A stretch of 64,000 nucleotides of DNA, from the NCBI GenBank assembly GCA_049516875.1, contig JBEKSS010000003.1, positions 96,001 to 160,000 of the forward strand, in the 5' to 3' direction. The notes under the pieces are model-generated. The model did no database searches. It saw only the letters and a program-made list of their open reading frames with translations, and was not told where the DNA came from. A program made the translations under genes and the position numbers. The stretch comes from Candidatus Bathyarchaeia archaeon. Its GTDB lineage: Archaea; Thermoproteota; Bathyarchaeia; Bathyarchaeales; Bathycorpusculaceae. This document shows, piece by piece, positions 50,085 through 59,843 of this stretch; the stretch's first letter is position 1; every line of letters starts with the position of its first letter.

Positions 50085-52088
50085 TTAAGGCGCTAGGGCA
50101 CTGTTTACTATGTCTTTGGGATTGATGAAGACAGGTATGGTGGCAAGTGTAGCTTCATCGCAGGCAATCCGGACTTCGACTTCAAACATGCCGTTGTCGT
50201 TCAAATCTAGAAAAAGCCCATGGAAGTCAGAGTCGCCTCCAACGAGTTGGATTGGCCAAGCCCCGTCGTGCGCACTCGTGCCATTGGGCAAACTGGCAAC
50301 AGTATCGTCGACCGGAAAAGCCTGGGACGGGCATCGAACATAAACGTGGTGGGCATCGCCGCCAACTGCTGTGACGTTCAGATCTAGGAGTGTCAACAAC
50401 ACGGTTGTGTTGTCTCTGATTGTTCCGTTTGAGTACGTGGGGAATTTGCCTTCGTTTGCGTGGGCGCTTGACACGATGAAGTATTGGTCAGCCGATAGTT
50501 TGGTTTGGGCTTGATTCTCGTGTTTGTTGAAGTTCGTGATGGCTATTGCTACATCGCTCATGTTGACTATGCCGTCGTTGTTGATGTCAGCGTTGGGGTT
50601 CCAGTTCGGCGAGTTCGCCTCAGTGTTGAGCAGTGTAACAATGTAGGCGATGTCTTTCATGTTGACAATTCCATCGTAGACCCCTGGCACTGTGCCTGAC
50701 ACGTCCCCCGGAACACCCACATGAACTGGAATGTCACATGTGTAGTTGTTGTTTACGATATTTGTCTCGTTTGGAACTGGTGTTGCATAAGCAGTTATGG
50801 CGTAGTTGCCATAAACGAGGCTGCTAGTATTCAATATGAGAGTTATTGTTGCTGAAACCCCGCTTGCTAGGGCAATTTCCTCTGTTTGGATGGTAGCTGC
50901 GTTAGCGAAGACGGTCATGTTGAAGTTTTCCGTGTAACTACCTTGGTTTGCTACTGTGACACTCACGTTCAGGCTGCAGCCCTGACCAACGACAGCCTTG
51001 GAAGGCAGAACATTTGTAACAGCTATGTCGTGCCCGCTTGCCGTGTTGACCGTGAAGTTCACTGTTGCACCTATTCTGTCACTGTAGATGTAAGCGGCAT
51101 AGTTCTGGCTAGCTCCGACCGATCCTGAAATCATTCCTTCAACCGTTACGCTCACCGTGCCCGCTACGGAGGAGCCTGCGATTAGCGTCCAGCTCAAACT
51201 GGAGCTGTTCCCTGCTTGCAAAAAGCCTGTACCTAATGTTTTCTCTTGGCTTTCGCCTTGATCAAGGCTTAGGTTGGCAGGTAAGGTTATTGATGCAATG
51301 CATGAGGAAGCTGGATAGGCAAATAGTGCGTTTGGAAGCGGCTGTGGATACGTGATCGTGAACTCCATTTGGAACGGTGTTCCAGGCGTGAGATAGGCTG
51401 GGGCAGACATGTTTACCGTCCAAGGAGAAACGTAAAGAGTCCAATTGTCATAGTACGACCAGAGGTCCAAGAATTGGCTGTTGTTAAAAGCTATGTTGGG
51501 ACCACCATATGTTCCTCCCCATAAGGGCTGGTTCCATGGGTCATGCAGGAAAACGTGGGTTTCATTGTAGCCCGTTGCAACGCGATAATGAGTTGAAACA
51601 TGATGACTGCTGTACCACATCAGCAAAATGAGGGGTTTGCCTTGGTCAAGGAAGTCCCTAAGGGTTGTCAAGTCTATACCTTGCGCCTCAAAAGCTGCAT
51701 AGCCTAATTGCCGTAAAGTGTACCCTGTAATATTACTAGGAAGCTCGTCGCCCATTGACGTGCTGATGTTGCTAAACTGTCCAGCCCTCCTCAGTTCGTC
51801 TGTATAAGTTACATACAAGGGATCGCCGATGCTTCTAGCCACGCATGCTATCTCAGATTGCGAAATGTTTTCACCGTAATAGTTGAAGACCATCTGGAGC
51901 GCGGCAGGACCGCAGTAGTAGTCTTTCTCTTGGTAGTAGAACGGAACAGGAAGATGAATCTCGCTGTAAGCAGGCAAAAGCGATTGATCAGTGGTTAGTT
52001 CTGCTCTGCTGGGCTGAACCTTGAGTAACAAGGTGAACGGACACATTAACAGCAGTGCCAAGATTATTCCAGAGACCGCTTTCTTCAA
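50085..52088 (-). CDS. Secreted C39-like cysteine peptidase with Ig-like/CARDB and dockerin domains
   Basis: Signal peptide; Q...CGPAA, HYRV and HDP; DIAVTNV...VTVANQG; two DxxxDGxVxxxD dockerin loops. Confidence 0.85.
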   Translation of the reverse strand: MKKAVSGIILALLLMCPFTLLLKVQPSRAELTTDQSLLPAYSEIHLPVPFYYQEKDYYCGPAALQMVFNYYGENISQSEIACVARSIGDPLYVTYTDELRRAGQFSNISTSMGDELPSNITGYTLRQLGYAAFEAQGIDLTTLRDFLDQGKPLILLMWYSSHHVSTHYRVATGYNETHVFLHDPWNQPLWGGTYGGPNIAFNNSQFLDLWSYYDNWTLYVSPWTVNMSAPAYLTPGTPFQMEFTITYPQPLPNALFAYPASSCIASITLPANLSLDQGESQEKTLGTGFLQAGNSSSLSWTLIAGSSVAGTVSVTVEGMISGSVGASQNYAAYIYSDRIGATVNFTVNTASGHDIAVTNVLPSKAVVGQGCSLNVSVTVANQGSYTENFNMTVFANAATIQTEEIALASGVSATITLILNTSSLVYGNYAITAYATPVPNETNIVNNNYTCDIPVHVGVPGDVSGTVPGVYDGIVNMKDIAYIVTLLNTEANSPNWNPNADINNDGIVNMSDVAIAITNFNKHENQAQTKLSADQYFIVSSAHANEGKFPTYSNGTIRDNTTVLLTLLDLNVTAVGGDAHHVYVRCPSQAFPVDDTVASLPNGTSAHDGAWPIQLVGGDSDFHGLFLDLNDNGMFEVEVRIACDEATLATIPVFINPKDIVNSALAP

Positions 52089-52211
52089 AATTCCTCTTCC
52101 CTAATCCTATCTTGGTTTAACGAACAGATATCCTTTGTGGAAAAATGCCCTAATGCATTGCCTTGGCATCAGGAAACAATTCTAACATCAAAATGCACAG
52201 ACAAATGGACG

Positions 52212-53081
52212 TTAAGCCTTGGCGCGCGCGAGAAGTCCACTCACTGCATTGATGAGGGCTTCGCATGCGACTCGTCTGACTTCGAGAGAGCCATCGATCT
52301 CTTGGTCCTCGCTCTCTTTCTGCTGATCTCGCATCTGCTCGATGATAGGCTGCTTCTTTCTCTCGTATTTGTCTCGGAGTCTCTGTTGCTCAGCAGTAAA
52401 AGTCTGCACCGCTAATGCGAGATCCCCTTGTGCTGAGTTCAATCTCTGGGTTGCTTCTGCCTCTTTTTGCGCCTTAGCCTTCTTTGAGACAGCTCTGAAG
52501 ATGCCCGTTTTCATTCGAGATGTGCGATCCAGTTCTTCTCTGAGGCCATCAACATTGCTAGACAGACGCTTGATTTCCGCATCCTTCCGCCCTTCAATCT
52601 CCTTCTTGTTAGCGGTATTTTCTTCTTCGATTCGTTCAAGAAGAATTCTATTGTCCGAGAGACTCTTGAATGCTTCCTCACCAGAAGCCTCTTTGCGCCG
52701 TCTTTCCTCAAGCTCAAGCTCAACGTTCGCGAGTATTTGTGAACGCTCCTTCACGAATTGATCATCTACGCCTACGGTGGGACTTGACTCAAACTCGGAT
52801 AGAAGGACCCTTAGATCCACTAGCCAACGGCCGAAATGCTCACTGAACGGAGAAAGGGCAAATATCTGATTCCCTAGGTTACGTAGTCTGTTGAGAGTTC
52901 TGTCCGTAACGTTTGAGGTCGGAACATAATTCTCCTCCGACACGTAGCTACCACTAGATCGACGTTTCTGTCTCCTAGCCTTGGCTTTGGCCTTTTCACG
53001 ACGTGGCATTCCACGTCCTCCGCCAGAGTTTCTGGGTGACCTTGTCCGCGCTTGGTATCCCATGAACAAAACCTCTTGCAT
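52212..53081 (-). CDS. Coiled-coil hypothetical protein
   Basis: 289 aa ORF with a basic N-terminus and long heptad regions. Confidence 0.75.
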   Translation of the reverse strand: MQEVLFMGYQARTRSPRNSGGGRGMPRREKAKAKARRQKRRSSGSYVSEENYVPTSNVTDRTLNRLRNLGNQIFALSPFSEHFGRWLVDLRVLLSEFESSPTVGVDDQFVKERSQILANVELELEERRRKEASGEEAFKSLSDNRILLERIEEENTANKKEIEGRKDAEIKRLSSNVDGLREELDRTSRMKTGIFRAVSKKAKAQKEAEATQRLNSAQGDLALAVQTFTAEQQRLRDKYERKKQPIIEQMRDQQKESEDQEIDGSLEVRRVACEALINAVSGLLARAKA

Positions 53082-53240
53082 TTGAGCTATTTAGGAGTGT
53101 CTGTTTTGTGTTATGCCGACGATTGCCGAAAGGCTGCAGACTTCACTAAACAAAAGGAATCAAACATTCATAAATGAAAGCAAATCCATAAGAATATGAA
53201 GAAGCACATGTTTTCAGACCATACGGAATGATACGTTAAC

Positions 53241-53663
53241 ATGACAATGAAACCAAAACCGCCCAGAAGAACTGTAAGAATAGTTTTAGACTCGAACGCA
53301 CTGTTCGTTCCAATTCAACTTAAGATTGACATTTTCCAGGGTCTGAAAACGCTGCTTAACAGAAACTTTGAGCTTGTGCTCCTCAAGCCGATTCAGCAGG
53401 AACTGGAGAGACTCGCAAGGGAAGGGTCTCCGCAAATACAGAAAAAGGCATCGTACGCTCTGAAACTCGCCGAAAAGTGTACGGTAGTCGGCGTGAAAGA
53501 TGAGTCAACCTCACCGGACGACGTAATTCTTCAAACTGCCAGCAAATGGAACTGCCCAGTTTTCACTAACGACAGAGAGCTCAGAAAGAAGCTAAGGAAT
53601 ATAAATGTGCCAGTCATTTATGTGAGACAAAAGTCACGTCTAGAGATTGACGGGAGGCTATAA
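53241..53663 (+). CDS. PIN domain protein (Fcf1/Utp24-like)
   Basis: LDSN, ELE, DD and TND.EL motifs; conserved position before rpoE. Confidence 0.9.
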   Translation: MTMKPKPPRRTVRIVLDSNALFVPIQLKIDIFQGLKTLLNRNFELVLLKPIQQELERLAREGSPQIQKKASYALKLAEKCTVVGVKDESTSPDDVILQTASKWNCPVFTNDRELRKKLRNINVPVIYVRQKSRLEIDGRL

Positions 53664-53664
53664 C

Positions 53665-54279
53665 CTGTTTAAACTTGTAACGTTAGAAGACACGATTCGG
53701 ATTCCGCCTGAAACATTCGGCAACCCGCTTGAAGCGGTTGGGCATCAACAAGTCAAGACAAAGTACGAAGGGATCGTCGGCGAAGAACTGGGCTACGTCC
53801 TCGCTGTGATCGACGTGAAGGTCAGCCCCATAGGAAAGATAATTCCAGGCGACGGCGCCACGTTTCACAAAGTCAACTTTTCACTATTGACATTCTACCC
53901 CAAAATCCAGGAAGTCGTGGAAGGCGAAGTCGTGGAAATCGCTGATTTCGGTGCTTTCGTCCGAATCGGACCCATCGACGCCCTGCTTCACGTTTCCCAG
54001 CTTATGAACGACTTCATTTCATATGATGAGAAACAAGGCGTCCTAATGGGCAAAGAGACACGGCGAAAACTCGCGAGCGGCGACCAAGTTCGAGTCCGCA
54101 TCACGGCAGTTTCACTCGGCAAAGCAGGAAGCTCCGGAAAAATAGGCGTAACAGCCAGACAGCCCTTCCTGGGCAAACTAGAATGGATAGAATACGACCT
54201 GCAGAAAATCAAGGAAGAGGCAGAGAAGAAACCCGCACAGAAACAGGAAACACCCCCGAAAAAGGGTGGGTCCAAATGA
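53665..54279 (+). CDS. rpoE1: RNA polymerase subunit E' (Rpo7)
   Basis: RIPP, GDGA and S1 domain FGAFVRIGP.D.LLHVSQ; probable CTG start at 53665. Confidence 0.95.
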   Translation: MFKLVTLEDTIRIPPETFGNPLEAVGHQQVKTKYEGIVGEELGYVLAVIDVKVSPIGKIIPGDGATFHKVNFSLLTFYPKIQEVVEGEVVEIADFGAFVRIGPIDALLHVSQLMNDFISYDEKQGVLMGKETRRKLASGDQVRVRITAVSLGKAGSSGKIGVTARQPFLGKLEWIEYDLQKIKEEAEKKPAQKQETPPKKGGSK

Positions 54280-54461
54280 GCGAAAAGGCCTGCACCACCT
54301 GCCACCACCTCACAAGAGAAAACACGTGCCCAAAATGCAAAACAGCAACCATGAGCGATGACTACGGTGGGCTCGTAATAGTTTTAGACCCGGAGAACTC
54401 GGCAATCGCAAAAGCCATGGGCATCAAAGAGAAAGGACGCTACGCGATAAAGGTCAGATAA
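54276..54461 (+). CDS. spt4: Transcription elongation factor Spt4 (RpoE'')
   Basis: ACTTC...CPKC...S.IAK...GRYAIKV. Confidence 0.93.
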   Translation: MSEKACTTCHHLTRENTCPKCKTATMSDDYGGLVIVLDPENSAIAKAMGIKEKGRYAIKVR

Positions 54462-54462
54462 A

Positions 54463-54993
54463 ATGCCCATCAAGTACAATCTGACGCCGGAACTGCGCAT
54501 AAAACTCAAACAACCCTTAGGCACACTCATTCGAGGCTCGTTCACCGAAACAACAAAAAGATTCAGTGCAATGGTGAACAAGGAGAAACCATCCAGCATA
54601 ATCTCTGTCGGAGACACTGTCTCAAGAAACCTTGCCAAAAACCATATTCTTCCAACGTTGTCAATAATCGACAACAAGTGCATGAGAAAAAGCATAACGC
54701 CAACCATGCTTGCAACGGAAAAAACCTTCTACGTTAAAAACCCGCGGGGAACAATAACGGAAGAGGCAATCGCAGCAATACAGGAAGCCTTGCAAAGCAG
54801 TCAGCATGCCAAGATAGTTGTTGAAGGCGAAGAAGACTTGCTGACCCTCATCGCCATTATGCAGGCACCGCAAGACTCGTTTGTCCTGTACGGTCAACCG
54901 CACGAAGGAATCGTCGTCGTCAAAGCCACAACAGACAAGAAGACCGAGGTATCAGAAATTCTCAAAGGTATGGAAAAAGGTTCGAAAAACTAA
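54463..54993 (+). CDS. GTP-dependent dephospho-CoA kinase (DUF359)
   Basis: LK.PLG, VGD, NP.GTI, GEEDL and YGQP. Confidence 0.9.
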   Translation: MPIKYNLTPELRIKLKQPLGTLIRGSFTETTKRFSAMVNKEKPSSIISVGDTVSRNLAKNHILPTLSIIDNKCMRKSITPTMLATEKTFYVKNPRGTITEEAIAAIQEALQSSQHAKIVVEGEEDLLTLIAIMQAPQDSFVLYGQPHEGIVVVKATTDKKTEVSEILKGMEKGSKN

Positions 54994-55037
54994 ATAAGAA
55001 GGTATCCCATCAACTCAACACCGCACGAGGAAACATC

Positions 55038-55346
55038 ATGGAAATCAAGATAATCTCACAGAAGGAAAACCCGCTGCTGAAAAGAAAAGAAGTTCAATTC
55101 AACGTAGAACACGACACGGGAAGCACCCCACCCAGACTAGAAGTGAGAAAAGGAGTAGCCACTGCCCTGAAAGCAAACGTAGACTTGGTTTTTATAAAGA
55201 AATTCGAAACCAAGACAGGCACACACACGGCTGTGGGAACCGCGAACCTCTACGAATCAGTCGAACAAGCAAGGCTTATTGAGCCCGAATACATAGTGAA
55301 GCGAAACATACCGCCTGAAAAGCCCAAAGAAGAGGCAAAGGAGTAG
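55038..55346 (+). CDS. rps24e: 30S ribosomal protein S24e
   Basis: NPLLKRKE, TP.R and EP.Y..RN. Confidence 0.95.
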   Translation: MEIKIISQKENPLLKRKEVQFNVEHDTGSTPPRLEVRKGVATALKANVDLVFIKKFETKTGTHTAVGTANLYESVEQARLIEPEYIVKRNIPPEKPKEEAKE

Positions 55347-55355
55347 AAGTGAACC

Positions 55356-55679
55356 ATGTCCAAGAAAGCCGAAAAGAAAGAAGCGCCAAAGAAAGGAGAA
55401 GAGCCCAAGAAGGAGACAAAGAAGGCAGCGGTAGAAGCGCCTGTTGAAGCGCCGAAAGAAGAGGCAAAGCCGGCGAAGGTTGAAAAGGCACCGAAGCCCG
55501 AGAAAAAGAAGAAGGAAGAGAAGGGTGTTTTCAAGCTTTACAAGGTTGAAAACGACAAGGTCACGAGGCTGCGTCCAACTTGCGAACGCTGTGGACCAGG
55601 CTACTTCATGGCGGATCACGGCAACAGATACACGTGCGGACACTGCGGATTCACAAAGTACAAACCTGCCAAAGAATGA
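55356..55679 (+). CDS. rps27ae: 30S ribosomal protein S27ae with K/E/A/P-rich N-terminal extension
   Basis: CERCGPGYFMADH..R.TCGHC. Confidence 0.95.
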   Translation: MSKKAEKKEAPKKGEEPKKETKKAAVEAPVEAPKEEAKPAKVEKAPKPEKKKKEEKGVFKLYKVENDKVTRLRPTCERCGPGYFMADHGNRYTCGHCGFTKYKPAKE

Positions 55680-55728
55680 ACAGCTTTAAATCAACCGAGG
55701 GTTTGAATATTCTCTGACGATGATTTAG

Positions 55729-56154
55729 ATGATCCGCGTGAACGTTTCCATATCCAATGTTTCTGCAGAGCGTTATCTGGACTTCAGAAAACCCATGCCT
55801 CCTGTACAGATAAACACTAACCTCAACCTGACAGGTATGGAGAAGAAGCCGGACGATTCGCTTGAAGTCCCGTTCATCCTAACAATCAATTATAACCCTT
55901 CGGTGGCACAGATAAGCCTGAAGGGAAAAGCCTACGTGATAGGCGACAAAGGCGAAGCTGACAAAATCTACAAGGAGTACGAGGAAAAGAAACCTCCCCC
56001 GCCACTGATAGTGCAGTCAGTGTCGAATATCGCGTTCATCGAATCCGTGTTGATATCCAGAACGCTGAACATTCCACCGCCTATCCCCCTGCCACAGATA
56101 CCTGAAACCACCAAACCTGCTGAAAAACCGTCTGGCAGAGACTACAGCGCTTGA
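55729..56154 (+). CDS. Conserved archaeal hypothetical protein
   Basis: 141 aa ORF ending LNIPPPIPLP. Confidence 0.8.
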   Translation: MIRVNVSISNVSAERYLDFRKPMPPVQINTNLNLTGMEKKPDDSLEVPFILTINYNPSVAQISLKGKAYVIGDKGEADKIYKEYEEKKPPPPLIVQSVSNIAFIESVLISRTLNIPPPIPLPQIPETTKPAEKPSGRDYSA

Positions 56155-56187
56155 ACAAACAGAAGAATAGAGGGATGAGAGAAACGG

Positions 56188-56592
56188 CTATTTCAGTGGC
56201 ACGTACATTGAAGAACGCGAGGCTCCGATGCCTGGGGTTCCGTGCCTGACAGGCTTATTTGTGACCGCGAACTCCCCCAGGTAGTGCCCAATCATCTCCG
56301 GCTTCATTTCTATCTGAACGAATTCCTTGCCGTTGTGCACGTGTATCGCTATGCCCACCATTTCAGGGAGGATTATCATGTTTCGAACGTGCGTCCTGAC
56401 GGTTGGGATGCCTCCCTTTCTGAGTTCTTCCATTGATCTTCTTACTTTTTCAAGAAGTATTCTCTGTTCTGGCTGCAGGCCGCGATGCAGGCTTCTCCTC
56501 TGCCTTGAAGGGAGCAGATTGATGAACTCGTCCATCGACATACTCTGCAACTGATTGAGCGTCAACCCGCGATACATGAATTCTTTGGGCAT
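56188..56592 (-). CDS. rps19: 30S ribosomal protein S19
   Basis: RTH.R.MIILPEM, HNGK and GHYLGEF. Confidence 0.97.
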   Translation of the reverse strand: MPKEFMYRGLTLNQLQSMSMDEFINLLPSRQRRSLHRGLQPEQRILLEKVRRSMEELRKGGIPTVRTHVRNMIILPEMVGIAIHVHNGKEFVQIEMKPEMIGHYLGEFAVTNKPVRHGTPGIGASRSSMYVPLK

Positions 56593-56622
56593 TCTTCTTC
56601 GCCTGATCCGTAGTTCTTAATG

Positions 56623-57399
56623 CTATAAACCTTCTGTTTGTCTACTCATCTTTTCTTTTTCACGTGCACTCTTTGCTTTCCTTCCTGTTCCTCTAGCCGC
56701 AATCAGCCCGACCTTCTGGCCTGGTGGAGCACCGTGAGAGGTCGTGGTTCCTTTCCGCGCGCTTCTCTTGCTACTGCCGTAAGGATGCACGGCAGCAACC
56801 ATTTTTCGCCCGCTCGTCCTCGGATATTTGCGTCCTCTTGCCCTCATTAAATGGAATTTTGCACCAGCCTTCAGAAAAGGTTTATCTGTCCTGCCAGACG
56901 CCGAAACTATGCCAATTGTCGCCCTGCAGTGGTCAGCCACGTACTTTGTTCTTCCAGACGGAAGCTTCACCATCGTTCCCTGCGGAGTATGAGACACCAC
57001 CGTTGCGTATGATCCCGAGGATCGCGAGAGCTTGCCGCCGTCTCCTGGACGCAGTTCCACGTTGCATATCATGGTGCCCTCCGGCACTTTTCCAACCGGA
57101 AGGATGTTACCAACGTCAACCGGGGCTCTTCCGCCGATCTGGATTCGCTCGCCTGTGTAAACCCCTTCAGGAACGACGGTGTAACATGTTTCGCCGTTCT
57201 CGAACCTTATTAGAGCAAGAGGTGCGCCCCTTCCCGGATCATGCACAAGCTCTTCAATTACGCCTTTGATTGCTGCTTCAAAGTTTTCCTTCGGCCCGAT
57301 TTTTGAAGGATATTTTGCCGGGGCAACTCTCTTGTGGGTTGAAGCGCGGAACGTGGGAGCACCGCGCCCGCGTCTTTGAACACGAATTCTCTTTCCCAT
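56623..57399 (-). CDS. rpl2: 50S ribosomal protein L2
   Basis: HDPGRGAP, GDGGKL.RSSG and PPGQKVG. Confidence 0.97.
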   Translation of the reverse strand: MGKRIRVQRRGRGAPTFRASTHKRVAPAKYPSKIGPKENFEAAIKGVIEELVHDPGRGAPLALIRFENGETCYTVVPEGVYTGERIQIGGRAPVDVGNILPVGKVPEGTMICNVELRPGDGGKLSRSSGSYATVVSHTPQGTMVKLPSGRTKYVADHCRATIGIVSASGRTDKPFLKAGAKFHLMRARGRKYPRTSGRKMVAAVHPYGSSKRSARKGTTTSHGAPPGQKVGLIAARGTGRKAKSAREKEKMSRQTEGL

Positions 57400-57420
57400 C
57401 AGTTAACCCGCCATGCAAGG

Positions 57421-57681
57421 TTACAGTATTCCAAGCTTGATCGCCACGTCAGCCGCTCGGTAGTCTGGGTGAAGCTTAACGAAAGCCTTCTTCTCTCCTT
57501 TCGGGGTCACTTGAGTGTGGACACTTTCAACTTTCACTTCGTAGAGTTCCTCAACCGCCCTCTTGATATCGGCTTTGTTTGCCTTCAAATTGACTGCGAA
57601 GGTCAGCTTGTTCTCTTTTTCAACCATCAGGCTCGCCGACTCAGTCATTAGCGGATACAGCACAATTTCATAGGGATCCAT
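57421..57681 (-). CDS. rpl23: 50S ribosomal protein L23
   Basis: TE...ENKLTF...KKAFVKL. Confidence 0.96.
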   Translation of the reverse strand: MDPYEIVLYPLMTESASLMVEKENKLTFAVNLKANKADIKRAVEELYEVKVESVHTQVTPKGEKKAFVKLHPDYRAADVAIKLGIL

Positions 57682-58472
57682 TATTCCTTTTCTCCTCTGC
57701 CGTAAAGCTCGCCCAGTTTTTCAATCGCACTATTCGTCCACACGGTTAACCTTCCAGGATGAGTGCCCGGAGCAAGCATTTCAACGTTTAGATTAGCGAC
57801 TGTGACAACGTCCACTCCAGGCACGTTTCTTGCTGCCTCAACTATCCCCTTGTTTTCAGCCACGACCACGAGAGGTCCGACAGCCCGCTTCATCTTCCTT
57901 CCTCTGCTTTTGCCTTTTCCCGCGCGCACTTTTACGCTCTCTTTTGCCCTGAAGATCTCGGATAGGACGCCTAAGCGGATCAAAGCCGCCTCAGCTTCCT
58001 TGGTCTTTGTGAGACCTTCAAAATCGCTGGTCACCACCAACGGGATCTCTGGAACATCCTTAACGTGGTGACCCCGTGAAGCTACAACCTCTTTCGACGC
58101 CGTCGCAGCTATTGCCGAAAACAAAGCCAACCGCTTTTCTTTTTTCGGTATCTTCTTGACGATGTTCTTTTCCGAGAGGGGGGGATGTCCCTGTCTTCCG
58201 CCGACCGTTCCCGGAGCAAAAGCTGCCCTCCCCGACCCGCCTTTGCGCCTTGGAAGGCGAGCAATGCCCATACCCGTGCCACGTGATTCTGCCGAAGTTC
58301 TCTTCCCAGCCATCGGGTCTCTGCCCTGCGGCTGGAGCCTGTTCGACTGTATCGCCAGAACGGCTCTTTTTATGACGTCAGGTCTTAATGGCGTGGCGAA
58401 AACAGGTGGAAGCTCAATTTTTCCAGCTGCTTTTCCTTCTATGTTAAAAACCTTCGCCGTTTTCTTGACCAT
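57681..58472 (-). CDS. rpl4: 50S ribosomal protein L4
   Basis: SAESRGTG.G.AR.PR and LAPG..PGRL. Confidence 0.97.
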   Translation of the reverse strand: MVKKTAKVFNIEGKAAGKIELPPVFATPLRPDVIKRAVLAIQSNRLQPQGRDPMAGKRTSAESRGTGMGIARLPRRKGGSGRAAFAPGTVGGRQGHPPLSEKNIVKKIPKKEKRLALFSAIAATASKEVVASRGHHVKDVPEIPLVVTSDFEGLTKTKEAEAALIRLGVLSEIFRAKESVKVRAGKGKSRGRKMKRAVGPLVVVAENKGIVEAARNVPGVDVVTVANLNVEMLAPGTHPGRLTVWTNSAIEKLGELYGRGEKE

Positions 58473-58485
58473 CCGTTCTCACCGT

Positions 58486-59499
58486 TCATCTTCCTTGTGG
58501 CGATTCAAGCGACACGTGAGTGATTTGCGGTGGTTCTTCAGCCACGTTTCTCGGTGGACGAGCCGGATACCGCAGTCGGATCGGACGTTTTTCAGTACCA
58601 GCTATACTTCCCGCAAGTATCATGTACGATCCGCGCACTAAGCCGTACCTGAGAAAACCGCCCTTCGGGGTCACTTCTTTTCCATCCTTGCCTATTTTGA
58701 GGATGCGCTTGTTGTACTCTGTTCTCTGGTGATAACCCATCTGTCCAGCTCTCGCGACGCTGTACATCACGTGGTGCGGATTCCACGGACCAAGCGTTGC
58801 AACGCCTCTCTTGGTTTTCCTTCCCTTTGCTTGAAGTATCGTCACGCCCCAACGCTTCACTGGACCTTGGAAGCCCTTTCCAGTCGACACCGAAGCTACA
58901 TCCACGTATTGGCCTTCCTTAAAGATCTCCGCAGGAGTAACAGTCTTACCTATCAGATTCTTTGCAAACTCAAACTGCTGCTGAACCGTTCCCCCGCCTA
59001 ACTCGATCTCAGCGATGTCAGGCTTCTTCTTCGAAAGACTAGCCTCCTTCGGCTGAGTCACCGCGACAACGCGGACCTTCACTATCTTGGCCAAGTCCTG
59101 TTCAATTCGCTTCAACCCTTCCTCAGCCTTGAAGCTCTCTGGAATCGTTAACACACGTTCGAGATCTTCAGGCGGGTCCTTAGTCCAAGCCTCTGTAAGA
59201 GTGCGCAAACCATCAACGTTCCGAGTGTAAGCTCTCATGGCACATATGAGAACCGGGGGCGTTTCCAAAACTGTAGCCGCGGCAATGACTTCCTTGCCAA
59301 AGTCGGGCGAACGCTTTCTGTCCTCTATCGCGAACACATGGGTCATCCCGGCCTTGTAAGCCATGAAACCCAGAAGTCTCGGCGCATCCGCCTCTATCGT
59401 CGGCCAGAAGTTCATTCTAGCCAATAAATGCTCAGCACGTTTCCTAGGCAAATAAGCAAGCGAACCGTGTCTGGGAGCGTGTGTTTTCCTGTGACCCAT
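58486..59499 (-). CDS. rpl3: 50S ribosomal protein L3
   Basis: PRHGSL, YKAGMTH, GKGFQGPVKRWG and GQMGYHQRT. Confidence 0.97.
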   Translation of the reverse strand: MGHRKTHAPRHGSLAYLPRKRAEHLLARMNFWPTIEADAPRLLGFMAYKAGMTHVFAIEDRKRSPDFGKEVIAAATVLETPPVLICAMRAYTRNVDGLRTLTEAWTKDPPEDLERVLTIPESFKAEEGLKRIEQDLAKIVKVRVVAVTQPKEASLSKKKPDIAEIELGGGTVQQQFEFAKNLIGKTVTPAEIFKEGQYVDVASVSTGKGFQGPVKRWGVTILQAKGRKTKRGVATLGPWNPHHVMYSVARAGQMGYHQRTEYNKRILKIGKDGKEVTPKGGFLRYGLVRGSYMILAGSIAGTEKRPIRLRYPARPPRNVAEEPPQITHVSLESPQGR

Positions 59500-59843
59500 T
59501 GCTTTTTCGCTTCGTGTCTTCTAGGAATGAGAACGATAAGTTATAAACGTTACCGTCACGTTTGTAAGCGACGGCGTGATTTTCTCGGTTTACTATGATA
59601 CCCAATGTCTCCTACCCTGCCAAGCCTACTGCAACACAAAGCACACCTATAACGGGGAATATTACCGCTCCTACGTATACATCCCTTATCGACAACGCAT
59701 TCTAAGGGGCAAGCTTTTGATACTTTGGGCCTCAAGATATCCCGACTTAGGTGCTCACGCGCAAAGACTCAGATTTCAACATTCCGGCGACACTGGAGCG
59801 GGAAGTGTTAAATTTCGGCTCTTCTAGTCTTCTGGGGGCTGAC

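Noticed and set aside
56188-59499. Ribosomal operon ending after rps19 without rpl22
   Set aside because: Breaks in this operon are common among archaea, so not considered novel
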